DNA of 56,150 bases, filler included, from Stramenopiles sp. TOSAG23-2 (Eukaryota): assembly GCA_900128395.1 (NCBI GenBank). It is 4 parts of 4 records of this genome, joined end to end, with 100 filler letters (N's around TTAATTAATTAA, not from the genome) between each part and the next. Parts side by side here need not be neighbours in the genome. Positions count along the whole stretch, not along the records: positions 14,089 to 28,051 come from LT649777.1; positions 28,152 to 42,104 come from LT649778.1; 2 more parts are not named here. The stretch is one strand, 5' to 3'. Positions 23,701 through 33,490 of this stretch are shown piece after piece. The first letter of the stretch is position 1. Each line of letters begins with the position of its first letter. Below the pieces are notes generated by a model that saw nothing but the letters and a program-made list of their open reading frames with translations, ran no database searches and had not been told where the DNA came from. Made by a program: the position numbers and the translations under genes.

Positions 23701-26700
23701 CCTCGTTGCCTTTGCAACGTTAGTCTCAGCATCTGGATGCCCCGATAAATCATATGGAGGTTTGTTCGGGCACATTTCATGTGTCGGTATGTCTTGCTCC
23801 ACTACATATTCATCGAATTCAACAAAGGTACTTAATGGCTGACTCATAAAGGCGCTGACATCATCATTGTTTACAGACGCTGGGCCAAGATCCAATTCAT
23901 CCAAAGTGCGAATGGTTTGAGCATAATTAGTAGTGCCAACAGGAAGCTCCTGTGAATCCGCTGGTATTTTATATGTACCTTGATGCTTTTGAGCACTACT
24001 AGATGTAGATGTCAATGGACCATATTTTTCTTTCACCTTGGAGCGGTCAAAATTTTCCATAACAGCATTGACTATTTTTAAAATATAATCATTGCGAATA
24101 GGTGTATCCCCCCATGCTTGGTGCGAGTTATTGAACCAATCACTGGGAAATGGTTCTACAAGATTTTTTAACGAAATATCTTCAGATAACATGAGATATG
24201 CTGCAATAAGATTGGTTCCTCCCCTTGTCCCAAAGTCATTCCCACTCTCACTTTTAAAAATGTTTAAACGTAGTAACATCTCACATAATTTTCGAGTTGA
24301 TTTCGCAGTATCGGCACCATCAATATTCACCGTGACATTGAGTGCCATCATTTGAACAGCACTGGCAAATAATCCACCCGCAACTTTTGCTTCCCACAAT
24401 GATTCAATAAGCTGTAATGCAGATTCATTTTCATGATCCTTTGCTGCTGACGCTTCAGAAACCGTCACATGCTCTATCCATGCATTTGTAGCTTCCTTAT
24501 AATTGGTCATTACTTTTTCGCACCCATTACTGTAAGAAAGCATCCCAGATGCAAAACACCATCCCCCATTTTTTTGACCGTAATAATAGACATCATATTC
24601 CCCATCCATAGGTTCTGTTGAAGTCCCAATTTTATTAATCAACGAAATACGCGTCTTGTGTTCCGTATTTCCTTTCGATAATTCGTTTTCAACAATGTAG
24701 TCATTTAATATTGTTTCCTCTAAATGACTTAAACGACATGCAAGGGATACATGTGACCTTTTCGTAATATAACTACTATATTCATCCGCCAACGGAGAAC
24801 TATCTCCTTCGTGGTCTTTAATAATCGGCCAGTCGTCTGGGAAGATAGGAGAATGCTTTAATACAAGTCTTAACTTTAAGCGGCAGGCATGGGCATTTGG
24901 ATGATGGTCATCATCGCAATTTCTGAAATATTTTAGCAACGTGTGTTCTGTCCAACTAAGTCTCATATCAGTACCACAAGAAACAATTGTAGTATACGCA
25001 TCGATATACTCACGATGTAACAACTTCAAGAACGCCCAGTATAGTGTTGCACCTATTGAATTAAAAGTTACAAACTGGTCACATGGATGAACTTCATATA
25101 AAAAATAACGTGCATGGCACGAGTATTGCCATTCCATGTTGAACATATCAGGAACAGTAGACACCGTGAATGGGCAAAATGATATTGCTGGTCGTACCAT
25201 TGGATAATTAGGAACCAAAATATGGATGGTACTTGATGCATGTGTCAACAATAGGGAGCAAGGAATTCCTTTTAATAATTGTGGATTCACTTCATTTTCT
25301 TGCTCTGACATCACATATTTCCCACCACTATCAACAACGTACAAACGCACATTTCCATCATCTAAATAAGCCACGCTGAAAGATACTCTTAAGCGAGGAA
25401 GTTCAATTAGATCAGGCATTAAATTATTATCATCAAAAGCATTCTCATAATCTCCTGATGTAGCCCAAGCTAATATATGAGATAGAGATTCGATTTGCGT
25501 TAACAATCGAACAATGTCAGTAGATGCTTTTAATTTAGACTCAGCTAAATTTACTAAGCGACGCCCAGAATACGTTAATGTCACTGGATCAGTATCTTTC
25601 CTAACAATAGCTGTACTACCTCCAGATCCCCTAACCTCTAAGTCATAATCGTAGTATGAATCTACAAAATCAATATACTCCCCCTTTTCGTTTAGAATTT
25701 TTTGAACTCGACGATGACCTTTCCAATTTCCAGTTCTCTTTAATTCCCAAAAATCAAACGATTCTGAGATAGCACATGGTACTGTGCCATTTGTTGTTTC
25801 AGGTAGTAAATATGTTCTCGGCCCCAGTCCATCTTCTCCATTATTCTGGTCAGTAATTAAAACATTATTTCCACCAAAACTTGGAGTAAAAAAATTACCA
25901 GCACTAAATCTTGTAATTGATGACGGAGGAAAGTGCATTTTTTGTCCATTCTGTGTTGTCTTAACTGGCATCCCTGCCAATGAGACACGGAAGTCTGATG
26001 TATAGACAAGCGATGGATATCCTCGTCGACCAAACGCATTGATATTATACACTTCAACGTATTGATATATTTTTGAAACTTTCACCATCATCCACCAATC
26101 AAGACGTGGGGGTAGTGCTAAAATGGTTACCACAGCAATATCTGGGGACACTTCTTCAACTGGGAGCAGAAATGTCATATCTTTTGCTAAAAGCTCATCT
26201 TTCATATCTCCATTTTGAAACTTCATCCACTTAATTTTTCGAGGATCTTTGTCATCAGTCAATTCAGCATGCATGACAGGATCAAGAACTGAACTTAACC
26301 ATGGAATATCGCCTGGCGACTCTTTGTCGTATTTATAAATACGCTCTTCAGAGCCACCGTACTTAACTTTATTAAAAGTAAACGGCTTATCAAATTTCAT
26401 CTGGTTAAGTGGGGTAACAGTAAAGCGAATGCCCCAATACTCATCGTCATTATCGGTGATGCTTGAAAAGTCATAAGTCAGTTTATTTCCAAAAATCTTG
26501 ACAGGATCTTTTGGATATTCATTACCTGTGTACTTAAATGATTGTACTTCTCCATCATTTTTAACGACTTCAATTTCTAAATTAGCGTAAAATTCTTTTG
26601 TTTCGCACTTTGGATCAAAAGTTATAAAAAAACAATCGACATTATTAAACGATACCGTACCTTTAATTTCCGCATCACCCTTGTATGGGTGGTTTTTAGT

Positions 26701-28050
26701 TTCAATTACTTTCGGTTCTTGCACTTTATATGCGCTTTTTGGACACCCAGGGAGAAACATATGTTCCCCAGCAGCTAAATCCTTCCAAGCCTCAATCAGG
26801 AAATTTCCTTTAACCACTTCAACACTATGCAAATTGGTAGAATCTACAAGTTCAGCGGAATGGGGCACAGTATTACCAAATACTTGCTTGAAATCTGGAT
26901 GCCGACATATCTCCTCAGGGACAGGTTGGAGAGTACTTTGGTTATATTTTACTAAGCATTTTTGCACGTCCGTTGAAAACATATTTCTTTCATCTCGATA
27001 TGTTACAATTTCCCCATTTTTATTTTCATCCGATCCGATGCTTATATCGGCAGCATTCCACATTTTGTAAGACTCTGAATCACCAGTAGTTGATTGAACG
27101 GCCGAAATCAAAATTTGGCGAATATCTCCATCTGCTGCTTCATATGTTAAATAATCAATCATTGCAATACGCTTATTTTGAATTAACCAATAAATTTCTT
27201 GTTCAGCTACACCCAAGGAACTCGCTGTATTCTCTTCGGCATCTTTCTCTTCATTTTGATTTTCACTATCATTACTGTTCGAACTGCCACCATTTGCAAC
27301 ATGCCATGTCCTTACGAAGGAAGCATTAGATAATAATCTTGATGCCATCTCAGTATCTAACGGCGACGCTGGCCATACAGTCATTGCAATATGGGCGCGG
27401 AAAATAGTCGATTCCTTCTTGGAACCAGCCTTCTCACTTTCCTTCAACCATTTTGTTGCCATGGCAACTGCTCGTTCAATCCAATCAGAAAAGTGATTGT
27501 CATATTTCTTTAAAGTCTCATTTTCATTTGAAGTACCAGATTTACAAACATCTTTCAAAAAAGTTAAAGCTTTTGTTGCAATTCTCAATAAAAACAAAAG
27601 AACATTGACAAAGGAAGATTTATAGTCACCAACAGCTAGCTTTAAACCATCTTCAATCAGCGACAAGAGGGATTTCAATGTTAACTCTGGTCCATTTTCA
27701 AGTTCAGTAATAAAATATCCATTGTACGTATTTAATTTAGACGGTTTGCAAGGAACAACATCAATTGCCGCTGTAGAGAGATCGTTACCCCATATTCCAG
27801 GCGAAAACAAGCATTCTTCAAATAATTTTTGTAGTCGACTGTCAAAAAGCGTGCCAACTCGATCTTTACCAAAAAATTGCAGCACTAATGGTATTCTCAT
27901 ATACGGTGTCGTTAAATACGTATATAATATTTCCGCTTCTTCCTGTGATAAGTTACCACTGAAATCTTCAAGAATTTGCTCGTGTAATATATCATCTTCA
28001 GTGACGCCTTTGAAATATTCGTCGTTTTGATCATTACTACCATCGGTTTT
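17779..28050 (-). CDS. Giant DUF3638/DUF3645-type P-loop protein with EF-hand pair and three CUB-like repeats (5' partial)
   Basis: The frame stays open beyond the ATG at 27900 to the contig edge (...TEDDILHEQILEDFSGNLSQEEAEILYTYLTTPYMRIP). Motifs: QMIMGAGKTTVI, LLDEVD, IPFVGKDVPS..AEFAQPDV, GFSGTP, FYDQVHTTGMDIK and QGAYRMR. EF-hands: DSDGNGFLSHDE and DVDGDNAIEYNE. Confidence 0.85.
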   Translation of the reverse strand, partial: KTDGSNDQNDEYFKGVTEDDILHEQILEDFSGNLSQEEAEILYTYLTTPYMRIPLVLQFFGKDRVGTLFDSRLQKLFEECLFSPGIWGNDLSTAAIDVVPCKPSKLNTYNGYFITELENGPELTLKSLLSLIEDGLKLAVGDYKSSFVNVLLFLLRIATKALTFLKDVCKSGTSNENETLKKYDNHFSDWIERAVAMATKWLKESEKAGSKKESTIFRAHIAMTVWPASPLDTEMASRLLSNASFVRTWHVANGGSSNSNDSENQNEEKDAEENTASSLGVAEQEIYWLIQNKRIAMIDYLTYEAADGDIRQILISAVQSTTGDSESYKMWNAADISIGSDENKNGEIVTYRDERNMFSTDVQKCLVKYNQSTLQPVPEEICRHPDFKQVFGNTVPHSAELVDSTNLHSVEVVKGNFLIEAWKDLAAGEHMFLPGCPKSAYKVQEPKVIETKNHPYKGDAEIKGTVSFNNVDCFFITFDPKCETKEFYANLEIEVVKNDGEVQSFKYTGNEYPKDPVKIFGNKLTYDFSSITDNDDEYWGIRFTVTPLNQMKFDKPFTFNKVKYGGSEERIYKYDKESPGDIPWLSSVLDPVMHAELTDDKDPRKIKWMKFQNGDMKDELLAKDMTFLLPVEEVSPDIAVVTILALPPRLDWWMMVKVSKIYQYVEVYNINAFGRRGYPSLVYTSDFRVSLAGMPVKTTQNGQKMHFPPSSITRFSAGNFFTPSFGGNNVLITDQNNGEDGLGPRTYLLPETTNGTVPCAISESFDFWELKRTGNWKGHRRVQKILNEKGEYIDFVDSYYDYDLEVRGSGGSTAIVRKDTDPVTLTYSGRRLVNLAESKLKASTDIVRLLTQIESLSHILAWATSGDYENAFDDNNLMPDLIELPRLRVSFSVAYLDDGNVRLYVVDSGGKYVMSEQENEVNPQLLKGIPCSLLLTHASSTIHILVPNYPMVRPAISFCPFTVSTVPDMFNMEWQYSCHARYFLYEVHPCDQFVTFNSIGATLYWAFLKLLHREYIDAYTTIVSCGTDMRLSWTEHTLLKYFRNCDDDHHPNAHACRLKLRLVLKHSPIFPDDWPIIKDHEGDSSPLADEYSSYITKRSHVSLACRLSHLEETILNDYIVENELSKGNTEHKTRISLINKIGTSTEPMDGEYDVYYYGQKNGGWCFASGMLSYSNGCEKVMTNYKEATNAWIEHVTVSEASAAKDHENESALQLIESLWEAKVAGGLFASAVQMMALNVTVNIDGADTAKSTRKLCEMLLRLNIFKSESGNDFGTRGGTNLIAAYLMLSEDISLKNLVEPFPSDWFNNSHQAWGDTPIRNDYILKIVNAVMENFDRSKVKEKYGPLTSTSSSAQKHQGTYKIPADSQELPVGTTNYAQTIRTLDELDLGPASVNNDDVSAFMSQPLSTFVEFDEYVVEQDIPTHEMCPNKPPYDLSGHPDAETNVAKATRKRIADDCVTFAGVTNSRKALVCVGISPEVMEEYEQQQQRDGVGAVAPGFGDAATEKLFQLRDKLQSALEDDTKRMKDGIKYLLENANRVPEENSRDVLEYKLKQYSGLRAKLQLTHLAACIVSSEGNNDVTNFNPYVEHDGHSISDLLTGTASIVLVAIRISQLRRAIIAIDGVASAIDKKIDAKKMRKEIDNLTGNLLASRHYAKNGNQYDPRFLMFEFLTGFLLRKSQIYLCDTFMSRATDGGKNEWGMDSSSMVHQMIMGAGKTTVIGPLLALMLADTKSLVTQVVPNALLTMSRNVMWKQYCQVIVKPVYTLTFDRSWPNLPVKYKKMYKKMLQARREGGIVCTTPSAIKSIANKYVELLNVISSVDDESLLPLPGKEGGKEEATFDRFLRQQEEKNPAAKRKKERIKELKNIADTADAIAQIMNLWSERERGVLLLDEVDMLLHPLRSELNFPIGEKFPLTPNPTRWDLPIYLLDIILKASYVAMGNSDAANDSSIQELINVFKNGIKEKTLQQTPHLVLLDHEFYEGSVRDIIGKRALSWMKAHHIFEGLKEIPSHEELLKYVGKGNNSSSKDAVQVLETQGDLGKLALQCLNLAHDWSSSFVPHILSKVDRVSFGLLQPQDAAVLKADQPASRKLLGIPFVGKDVPSSAAEFAQPDVLIGATILAYRYEGLRESDLKTIIRMLKENLHQESGPKKQRPAYVRFENWVNTTCSKNNKRREIMDLELFQLADAKQLKKLHKLLSMEPDVIHYYLRQIVFPKTMQQQRVKITASGQELGSDMLFGRRLGFSGTPSNLLPVDIVPCNFEKGSEGKIIRSLTDDAVTKEAQISLDLMLPNAKEWTVKGVLDQIAQSTSPPFHALIDTGALVTGFSNEEVARYLVDTGLNHLQGCVFLDHLDRKMIYIRGAEKCIPLSECGLSKGSRFTFYDQVHTTGMDIKQQINACACLTIGKDMIFRDYAQGAYRMRGIGKGQTVHLYIVPEIKRLIKKTLPRLTGNVEDDVAAWLQLNGMKMEKLQFLQLCQQNMSTIWRKVALNNLMASSGVIDNDSIPKGIQRFLGTTDGAKTLQSSINALKDLVDFDVPTSIPISEPYSEMLDKMVQSNAMLCDQPEQKDIVNIVMKQVDDVLKTGGQAESTGNEKKGLNSEMTREKEREQEQQKQKQQQQQVESMFARDNSRPYQWSTKILEKEPLSYDKSIELSSEGTKWEDAFPFYPLSIFTPRPKDFNFSKLFFPRIESLEFPQSMLQSTNFAPIGRDFTKPLKLKNVNIVLDWVVNKDNNERRTVVLTLSEAESMRRFIQRVRKSGTTNIAGELALLLLPQGIVFEATQGYEKQDSSNSCNNTNSDTNNRIPEETNFSMKTITHEGGNNSILKGETSEEYQERKNENQQPSISTSLKVNIQCLKFWNNEMFYEEDEAKSLLFAFRSNAKGERRDFFEASLRARRRSRNSWTGMPIRQVFSFSDDESFNHLLSLVDQIREYLVDKNIVDICSEFDSDGNGFLSHDELKSVFLSTGVSMNQTDLDNIATMMDVDGDNAIEYNEFAKLFDTSTTSSSRAAALEEMVQNRNDKSDIDIAAEEERKKKKREEAKKRRKERELKLAEKHANDKKKNGVEDVEVKVEEEEGEEEEEGEELDFMAKWRKKRAERQKQRDETIKKMNESKAERDDKMSELAKKRAELEVRQRKANVAARSRKKGATGAELKKASEAAASLEGINLDLGGLNLGGDGGGGNEEVKEAEQGEEEANIYYEDTTIVAVDGQVFQSPHPMHPSTEKDPFPAPEITVKFESEDIQGVSILFDDACSLKEYYTNFIIKDSEGNDYKYTGINFPWEPVIVKGNSFVYKFDKTDSLDKDYYGWKFTVNGLNELPDEKIKTVQTRHPQRGCKLEGEITFPDCEAMILEFDTQCSSRKYYDSLIITPGNGGDEIKYCQESDNWPKNPVVIQSNTITYKWKAIGKMIGEYYGFKFTASPK

Positions 28051-28051
28051 T

Positions 28052-28151
28052 NNNNNNNNNNNNNNNNNNNNNNNNNNNNNNNNNNNNNNNNNNNNTTAAT
28101 TAATTAANNNNNNNNNNNNNNNNNNNNNNNNNNNNNNNNNNNNNNNNNNNN
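28052..28151. other. Artificial contig-concatenation spacer
   Basis: N44-TTAATTAATTAA-N44. Confidence 0.98.
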
Positions 28152-28784
28152 CTTTTCTATATCGTATATCTTGTTTTCTTCTATTTGTTTGTTTCACATC
28201 TATATTGTATTAAATGTTTTTTTGTATCGTAAATGTGTGTAATAATAATATGTAGTAGCCATATATTCAGGTGATTGAACGGATCTCGATCCAGTGCTAT
28301 TGACATGCTGATAAATATAGATTGTTGGTTTTTTGATATCCCAGGGGAGATCTGGTAGATTATTTTTATCTTGTCGGTTTTACTTAATGCTATTCCTATG
28401 TTAGTGGACTTATTCCTATGTATTATTATACTGTACTTGAAATGCTTTTGTCCCATTTGACTTTGTGAAAATCATCTCGCACTATACTACCACCTGGTAG
28501 ACCAATTAGCTCGGTAAAGCAGTTAAATTTCTTCATCATGCACTCCAGCACTCACATCACTTCTTCGGTATTATAGCAGCAGTTAAATTTCTTCATCATC
28601 ATTCTTCAGTGTGCCAGTGTGGAGACATTTTTGATACATTTTCTTCCATTTTTTTAATAATATTTTTGAATCATATATTTAATATACCAGGTAATACATT
28701 TATATTATAAATATTTTAGATGATTTTGATATACATACATGTATAACAATATATAATTACACTACATAAATCAAAAAAACAAAA

Positions 28785-31700
28785 ATGTCAGTAGCACCAG
28801 CACCAAACCCAAAAACGGGGGATGCGTATAGGATTGATATCAGTGACACGGCATTGCGTGGTAATAAAGAGAGAAAAAATATAGATGATGAGGAAGAAAA
28901 AAAAGAAGATGTAGTTAGTAATGAATATACTGCTATTAACATAGGTAGTAGTGATAATAATAATAATAATAATAGCAATATCAATAATACAGCCGCAACA
29001 ACAACCAACAAAAGTGCCTATGTAACAACAGATAATAATAATAAAAATAATAATGTAAATAAAACTACTGTTAAGAAAATCTTGGATAACAACACAGTTA
29101 TCACAAATATAGATGCGAAGAAAGGAAAAATTTTACAAAATAAAGCAGTTGAAAATGCCGTTAAGCCACCACACGTACATGAGGAAGCATATGTACCAGT
29201 GTCATATGCTAGGCAAAGAATTGCAGATATGAGCGGAGACATGGTTAGATTGAAAGCAGGATTCCAAGAGAAAATATTTCGATTGGATGAATTTTATAGG
29301 CAATTAGAAAATGAAACAAAAAATTATTATAAAAGTTTCATACACGTGATAAATGAAAAAGCAACGGAACGAATCAAAAAATATAAAAACATGTTATTAA
29401 ATGCCAATAAAGCATCCGAAGAGGAAAAGAGAAAACAATTAAGTCAAATCGATGGATTAAAAAATGAGCGAAGCTTGCTAAATATAGCAAAAGAGAAATT
29501 AGTTGAAAAGATGGAAGAAGAAGCTATTGCATTAAGAAAACATGAGGAAATGGAGTTAAAGAAAGCACGCAAGCATGAATTACAATTGATTGATGAGGAG
29601 AAAACAAAGTATGTTCAATTTTTATCAGCAGATGCAAATAAATTAAGTACTACACAACATGAAATGAAAAAAGTACAAGCAGCATTGAAGTTAGAAATAA
29701 ATGCTATGACAGAGGAATATTTTAAGCAAATGGAAGAGCTACAAAACCATATTGTATCGTTAAAAGATTTACAAATGGTAGAAGCAAAATATAATAGCGC
29801 TGAGCTGGAACATCGATTGGACTTGCAGCAGCAGCAATTGGAATCTAGAATGGAGTTACAAATGAAAACTCAAAAACAACATTTCGAGCAACAGTTTCAG
29901 CAAAAATCTTCCTCCTCCGCACCACTTCCTAATCAATCAATATCATCACAGCAACAAAACGAAGGGGAAGAAGTGAAAAAGTTAGATATGGCTAGTTCAA
30001 CAACTAGTAAAACCGATATGGTCATATTGCAGCTCAGAGAAAAAATTAAAGACGTTAAAAGAGAAAAAAAAGCAAGTCGTGGGAAAGTTAAAAAATGGCT
30101 ATCTGAATTTGAAGAAAAGGAAGGCCGACCACCTACTAATAGCGAGAAAAGTGTTGTTGGCGATTTGTTTAAGGAAGCAAAGAACATATCATCAAAATTG
30201 AAGTTATTAGAAGAAAAATTAAAGTCGCTCGAAGAGAAGCAAAAGTTGAAAAAGAATAAAATTGATATGTCACCACAAATGGCTTCTTCTTCTTCTTCTT
30301 CTTCTCCCCCCCCCATTTCGAACGCTGGCAATACAGCAGTTGTGAATAAAGAATTAGAATTAAAAACAAAAAATCTTGAAAAATTAATAAATGAATTAAA
30401 GGAAGAAAATGATACTTTGAAAGCATATAAAAAAAAGTCAATTGAAGATTTTGAAAAAATGGAAAGAGATCAATTAGCTGCAAACGAAAAGTCTAAAAAA
30501 GATGCGGAAGATGCTCTTGCTTCTGGTGATGTAAATTCATTACGAAAACAATTACGCGAATCAATTAGCGAACAAGATAAGATTAATGCATTAGTAACCA
30601 ATCTGCAAGAACAAATCGCAGATTTAAAGTCAATCGTGGAAACAAATGAAAATAAAATAAAAGAAAAAAATATAGAATTAGATGATATGAAAACAAAATA
30701 TAAAGAGTTAAAACTTAGCAAGGCATCTGTAAGCGATCAAGCTACAAATATAGCATCAAGCTCCAGCAATAATAACAATGACAATAACAATGATAATAGT
30801 GAATTATTAGAACAACTGAATAATATAAAAAACGAATTTGAAGATCAAAAATTTAAATATGAACAGTCACAATCAGATATAGAAGCATTAGAAGAAAGTG
30901 TACAACACGAACAAAATAAAGTGAAAGAATTACAAATCGAAATCGAAAAGAAAGAAATTGAATTAGAAATAGCAAATGCAAAAGTTGGAACAGCCTCTTT
31001 TTCTAGTTCCACTACGGTTGAAAATACTAGCAGTGCTACCACCACCACAACCACCACCACTACCAATGTCCATCCAGATGAGGCAAATATTTTACAGGTT
31101 ATAAAAGAAAGTGTATCCAAAGGGAAGAAGATGTGGAAAACTGGTAATAAACAAGGTTGTTATGATGAATATTTAAAAACAGCTGAAAATGTTTTGAAAC
31201 AATTTCCAGATACAAAAGAATGCAAAAAGTTCAAAACACTTTTTACAACTGAAATACGGAATGCTAAAGCAAAATCAGTTGGACCCGGGGCAATTTTATT
31301 ACGTAAAATATTCAAAGCATATCAAGGAGATGCTGGAAATAGAATTAAAAATCCGAAAACTACCAGTAGCAAACATGAAGTTGCAAAACAAGCATCTGCT
31401 CCTAGTGGAGCAAATAATGCGGCGATGAAGAAACTAGAAGCAAAACTAGCAGCGCTAGAGAAAGAAAAAGTAAGCCATGACTCTAAAGTTGCCGCTCAAT
31501 CAAAATCTAAGCCAGATTCTTCCAGACGTTCTGGTAGTGGTGGAAATAATATTGCATTAAATAAACGCATCAAACAATTAGAAGAACGATCGAAAAAAGC
31601 TGATCATCGTGTGAAAGAATTAGAACACGAGTTGAGTGAAGCTGTTAAACATGGTGGCAATAATAATAAATCAGACCATCATAGCAACAGCAGCAGCAGC

Positions 31701-33365
31701 AGCAGCAATAATAAAAACAATCAAAAAGTTGTTAGCGATTTAAAAACAAAGGTAAAAACGTTAGAAAAACAAATAAAAGACGATAAAGTGAAATTAAGGC
31801 AAATGGAGAACAAATTAGAGAAAGCGGAGCAAGCTGCTGCTAAAAGCTCTGGTGGAGATTCAGCTGGTAAAGCTGCTTTAGAAAGACGTGTAAAGGAAAT
31901 GGAAAAAAAACATAAAAAAGCGTTGGGAGAATTAGAAAATACGATGAAAAAATCTGTAACCAGTTTAGAGAAAAAAGTGAAGAAATTGATGAAAGAAAAC
32001 GAAGAGCTTATGGCTGAATTAAAAAAAGTGACTACTGATCGGGATGCATTAAAAACAAAAGTTAGTTCGATGGGTGCGATGGGTAAAGAAATGGAAACAT
32101 TACGAGCCCAAGCAGCGGAAGCGACAGATGCGAAAAAAGCAGCTAAAGACGCTATCAAGCGGCAAGGTGAATTGCAAGATTTGTATAAGGAGGAAATGGT
32201 ACTGAGAAAACGGTATTGGAATATGATGGAAGATATGAAAGGAAAAATTCGTGTTTATTGTCGTACTAGACCATTAAGTCACTCCGAGCTCGAAAGAGGC
32301 AATTACGTATGCGTTAAGTTCCCAGATGAGGTTACCATTAATGTTGAAACGAAAAAAGGTGTGAAGGAGTTTGTATTTGATCAGTGTTTCACACCAACAT
32401 CTACTCAAGAAGAAATTTTTGAAGACACTAGTAATTTAATTAACTCCGCTTTTGATGGTTTCAATGTATGCATTTTTGCCTACGGTCAAACTGGCGCAGG
32501 TAAATCATACACCATGCTTGGTGCATTACCAGACAACAAAGGTATTACGCCACGTGCTATTGATCGCATATTTGAGTTGAAAAACGAGATAGGAAATAAA
32601 AGTACGATTAAATGCAAGGCATATATGGCTGAGTTGTATAATGATAAATTAGTCGATTTATTGTGGATGGCAAAGCACAAGAAGAAAGATCTAGGCAAAG
32701 AACCGAAGTTATCAATTAAAAAAGATGCGAAAGGCATGGTATTCGTAAAAGGTATAGAAATTGCTGAAGCAAATTCTGCGGAGGAATTGATGGAATTGTT
32801 TAATACCGGTAATGGTGCTAGACATGTAGGTGCCACGAAAATGAATGCTGAATCCTCACGATCTCATTTGGTATTTAGTATAATTATTGAAAATCATGAT
32901 CACACAACTGGTAAAACAAATGTTGGAAAATTAACATTGGTCGATTTAGCTGGAAGTGAAAGGGTAGGAAAAACTGGAGCTACGAAAGAACGTTTGAAAG
33001 AAGCACAAAGTATCAATACAAGTTTATCTGCACTGGGTGATGTTATTTCAGCATTATCGACTGGGGCTAAGTTTATTCCATATCGTAACAACAAATTAAC
33101 TATGTTGCTTGCTGATGGTTTAGGTGGTAATGCAAAAACTCTGATGTTTGTAAATTTATCGCCTGCTGATTATAATGCAGACGAGACACAAACGGCATTA
33201 GTATATGCATCAAGGGTAAAAATGATCACAAATACAGCAAAGAAAGAATCTGATTCTGAAATTGTTGCACATTTGAAAAAGATTGTTGATGAATTTGTAA
33301 CAACTGGTGATAGTGCAACATTCAAAAAACTTGGTTTAAAACCACATGAGGAGAAGGGTGATTGA
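28785..33365 (+). CDS. Kinesin-14 (C-terminal motor, KCBP-like motor/neck) with long coiled coil
   Basis: Neck RKRYWNMMEDMKGKIRVYCR, P-loop GQTGAGKS, SSRSH, DLAGSER and IPYRN.KLT. Extensive coiled coil upstream. Confidence 0.95.
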   Translation: MSVAPAPNPKTGDAYRIDISDTALRGNKERKNIDDEEEKKEDVVSNEYTAINIGSSDNNNNNNSNINNTAATTTNKSAYVTTDNNNKNNNVNKTTVKKILDNNTVITNIDAKKGKILQNKAVENAVKPPHVHEEAYVPVSYARQRIADMSGDMVRLKAGFQEKIFRLDEFYRQLENETKNYYKSFIHVINEKATERIKKYKNMLLNANKASEEEKRKQLSQIDGLKNERSLLNIAKEKLVEKMEEEAIALRKHEEMELKKARKHELQLIDEEKTKYVQFLSADANKLSTTQHEMKKVQAALKLEINAMTEEYFKQMEELQNHIVSLKDLQMVEAKYNSAELEHRLDLQQQQLESRMELQMKTQKQHFEQQFQQKSSSSAPLPNQSISSQQQNEGEEVKKLDMASSTTSKTDMVILQLREKIKDVKREKKASRGKVKKWLSEFEEKEGRPPTNSEKSVVGDLFKEAKNISSKLKLLEEKLKSLEEKQKLKKNKIDMSPQMASSSSSSSPPPISNAGNTAVVNKELELKTKNLEKLINELKEENDTLKAYKKKSIEDFEKMERDQLAANEKSKKDAEDALASGDVNSLRKQLRESISEQDKINALVTNLQEQIADLKSIVETNENKIKEKNIELDDMKTKYKELKLSKASVSDQATNIASSSSNNNNDNNNDNSELLEQLNNIKNEFEDQKFKYEQSQSDIEALEESVQHEQNKVKELQIEIEKKEIELEIANAKVGTASFSSSTTVENTSSATTTTTTTTTNVHPDEANILQVIKESVSKGKKMWKTGNKQGCYDEYLKTAENVLKQFPDTKECKKFKTLFTTEIRNAKAKSVGPGAILLRKIFKAYQGDAGNRIKNPKTTSSKHEVAKQASAPSGANNAAMKKLEAKLAALEKEKVSHDSKVAAQSKSKPDSSRRSGSGGNNIALNKRIKQLEERSKKADHRVKELEHELSEAVKHGGNNNKSDHHSNSSSSSSNNKNNQKVVSDLKTKVKTLEKQIKDDKVKLRQMENKLEKAEQAAAKSSGGDSAGKAALERRVKEMEKKHKKALGELENTMKKSVTSLEKKVKKLMKENEELMAELKKVTTDRDALKTKVSSMGAMGKEMETLRAQAAEATDAKKAAKDAIKRQGELQDLYKEEMVLRKRYWNMMEDMKGKIRVYCRTRPLSHSELERGNYVCVKFPDEVTINVETKKGVKEFVFDQCFTPTSTQEEIFEDTSNLINSAFDGFNVCIFAYGQTGAGKSYTMLGALPDNKGITPRAIDRIFELKNEIGNKSTIKCKAYMAELYNDKLVDLLWMAKHKKKDLGKEPKLSIKKDAKGMVFVKGIEIAEANSAEELMELFNTGNGARHVGATKMNAESSRSHLVFSIIIENHDHTTGKTNVGKLTLVDLAGSERVGKTGATKERLKEAQSINTSLSALGDVISALSTGAKFIPYRNNKLTMLLADGLGGNAKTLMFVNLSPADYNADETQTALVYASRVKMITNTAKKESDSEIVAHLKKIVDEFVTTGDSATFKKLGLKPHEEKGD

Positions 33366-33490
33366 ATGAGTTTTAAAAAATATAAGGCAGATAAAAAAAT
33401 ATTTACGTACGAGTAAATAAATATTAAAATACGAGGTATATGTATAATTATGTAAAATCTCTTCTCTCTCTTTTTTTAAAAATTGAATAT

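Noticed and set aside
28518..28599. 22-bp direct repeat (agcagttaaatttcttcatcat) with a 38-bp spacer, CRISPR-like geometry
   Set aside because: Only two copies, no cas genes and a eukaryotic context. It looks like a degenerate 60-bp duplication.
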